64,000 nucleotides of DNA from Octopus sinensis (taxonomy: Eukaryota): NCBI RefSeq assembly GCF_006345805.1, contig NC_042999.1, forward strand, positions 147,002,001-147,066,000. The letters are read 5' to 3'. Below the pieces are notes generated by a model, which worked only from the letters and a program-made list of their open reading frames with translations, did no database searches and was not told where the DNA came from. Shown in pieces: positions 63,642-64,000 of the stretch (position 1 is its first letter; every line of letters begins with the position of its first letter). The translations under genes and the position numbers were made by a program.

Positions 63642-64000
63642 CTGCCCAAGGACAGACGAATACTAGACACACGTACACACACACGGATATAGATACGTAC
63701 GCTTATGGCTATTTGTGTAAACGGGTTTTACATCTCCATAGCATAGTTTACATTAAACGGCTCTTTCTCATGCGGTTTCCTGTTTTCTTTTTAAAATACG
63801 GATATATAGAATAGACTGAATGGTTGATTTGAACATAACCGTACAGAGGTAGCGACAATCAGCTTCACCTGCCTCAAATACCTGGCAAATTGCTATGCGA
63901 TCGTATCATACTTAGTTAAAAAGGAAGTATATGATAACAGCTCAGACTGGTAATGCTGCTCGATTTACCGAGCCCGATACTGCGTACCAAGTGGCATTCA

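Overview
AT-rich eukaryotic DNA saturated with microsatellites. The SINE families look to me like those of Octopus (coleoid cephalopod); this is recognition from memory, not a database result. No complete host gene can be supported, and almost all long ORFs in the track are translations of simple repeats. The window is a mosaic of tRNA-derived SINEs (three main families, called A, B and C here), decayed CR1/L2-like and RTE LINE fragments, a Helitron-type element, MITE-like foldbacks and Penelope-like element (PLE) material. The most interesting layer is PLE/ribozyme biology. (1) A ~4.05-kb palindrome (50973-55019, 62-bp spacer) is built from a 5'-truncated PLE with an open GIY-YIG endonuclease frame and a hammerhead ribozyme (HHR) remnant at each outer end. 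(2) A 772/769-bp tandem array abuts that palindrome. (3) Two type I hammerheads have all core catalytic nucleotides (36754-36817 +, 58577-58652 -); the second lies in a 438-bp unit bounded by a 21-nt direct repeat, a retrozyme-like layout. (4) Several further degenerate HHR motifs and foldback structures are present. A few candidate host exons are listed at low confidence. There is one 100-N gap (49137-49236). All alignments and folds were done by eye, and repeat boundaries are approximate unless exact junctions are quoted.
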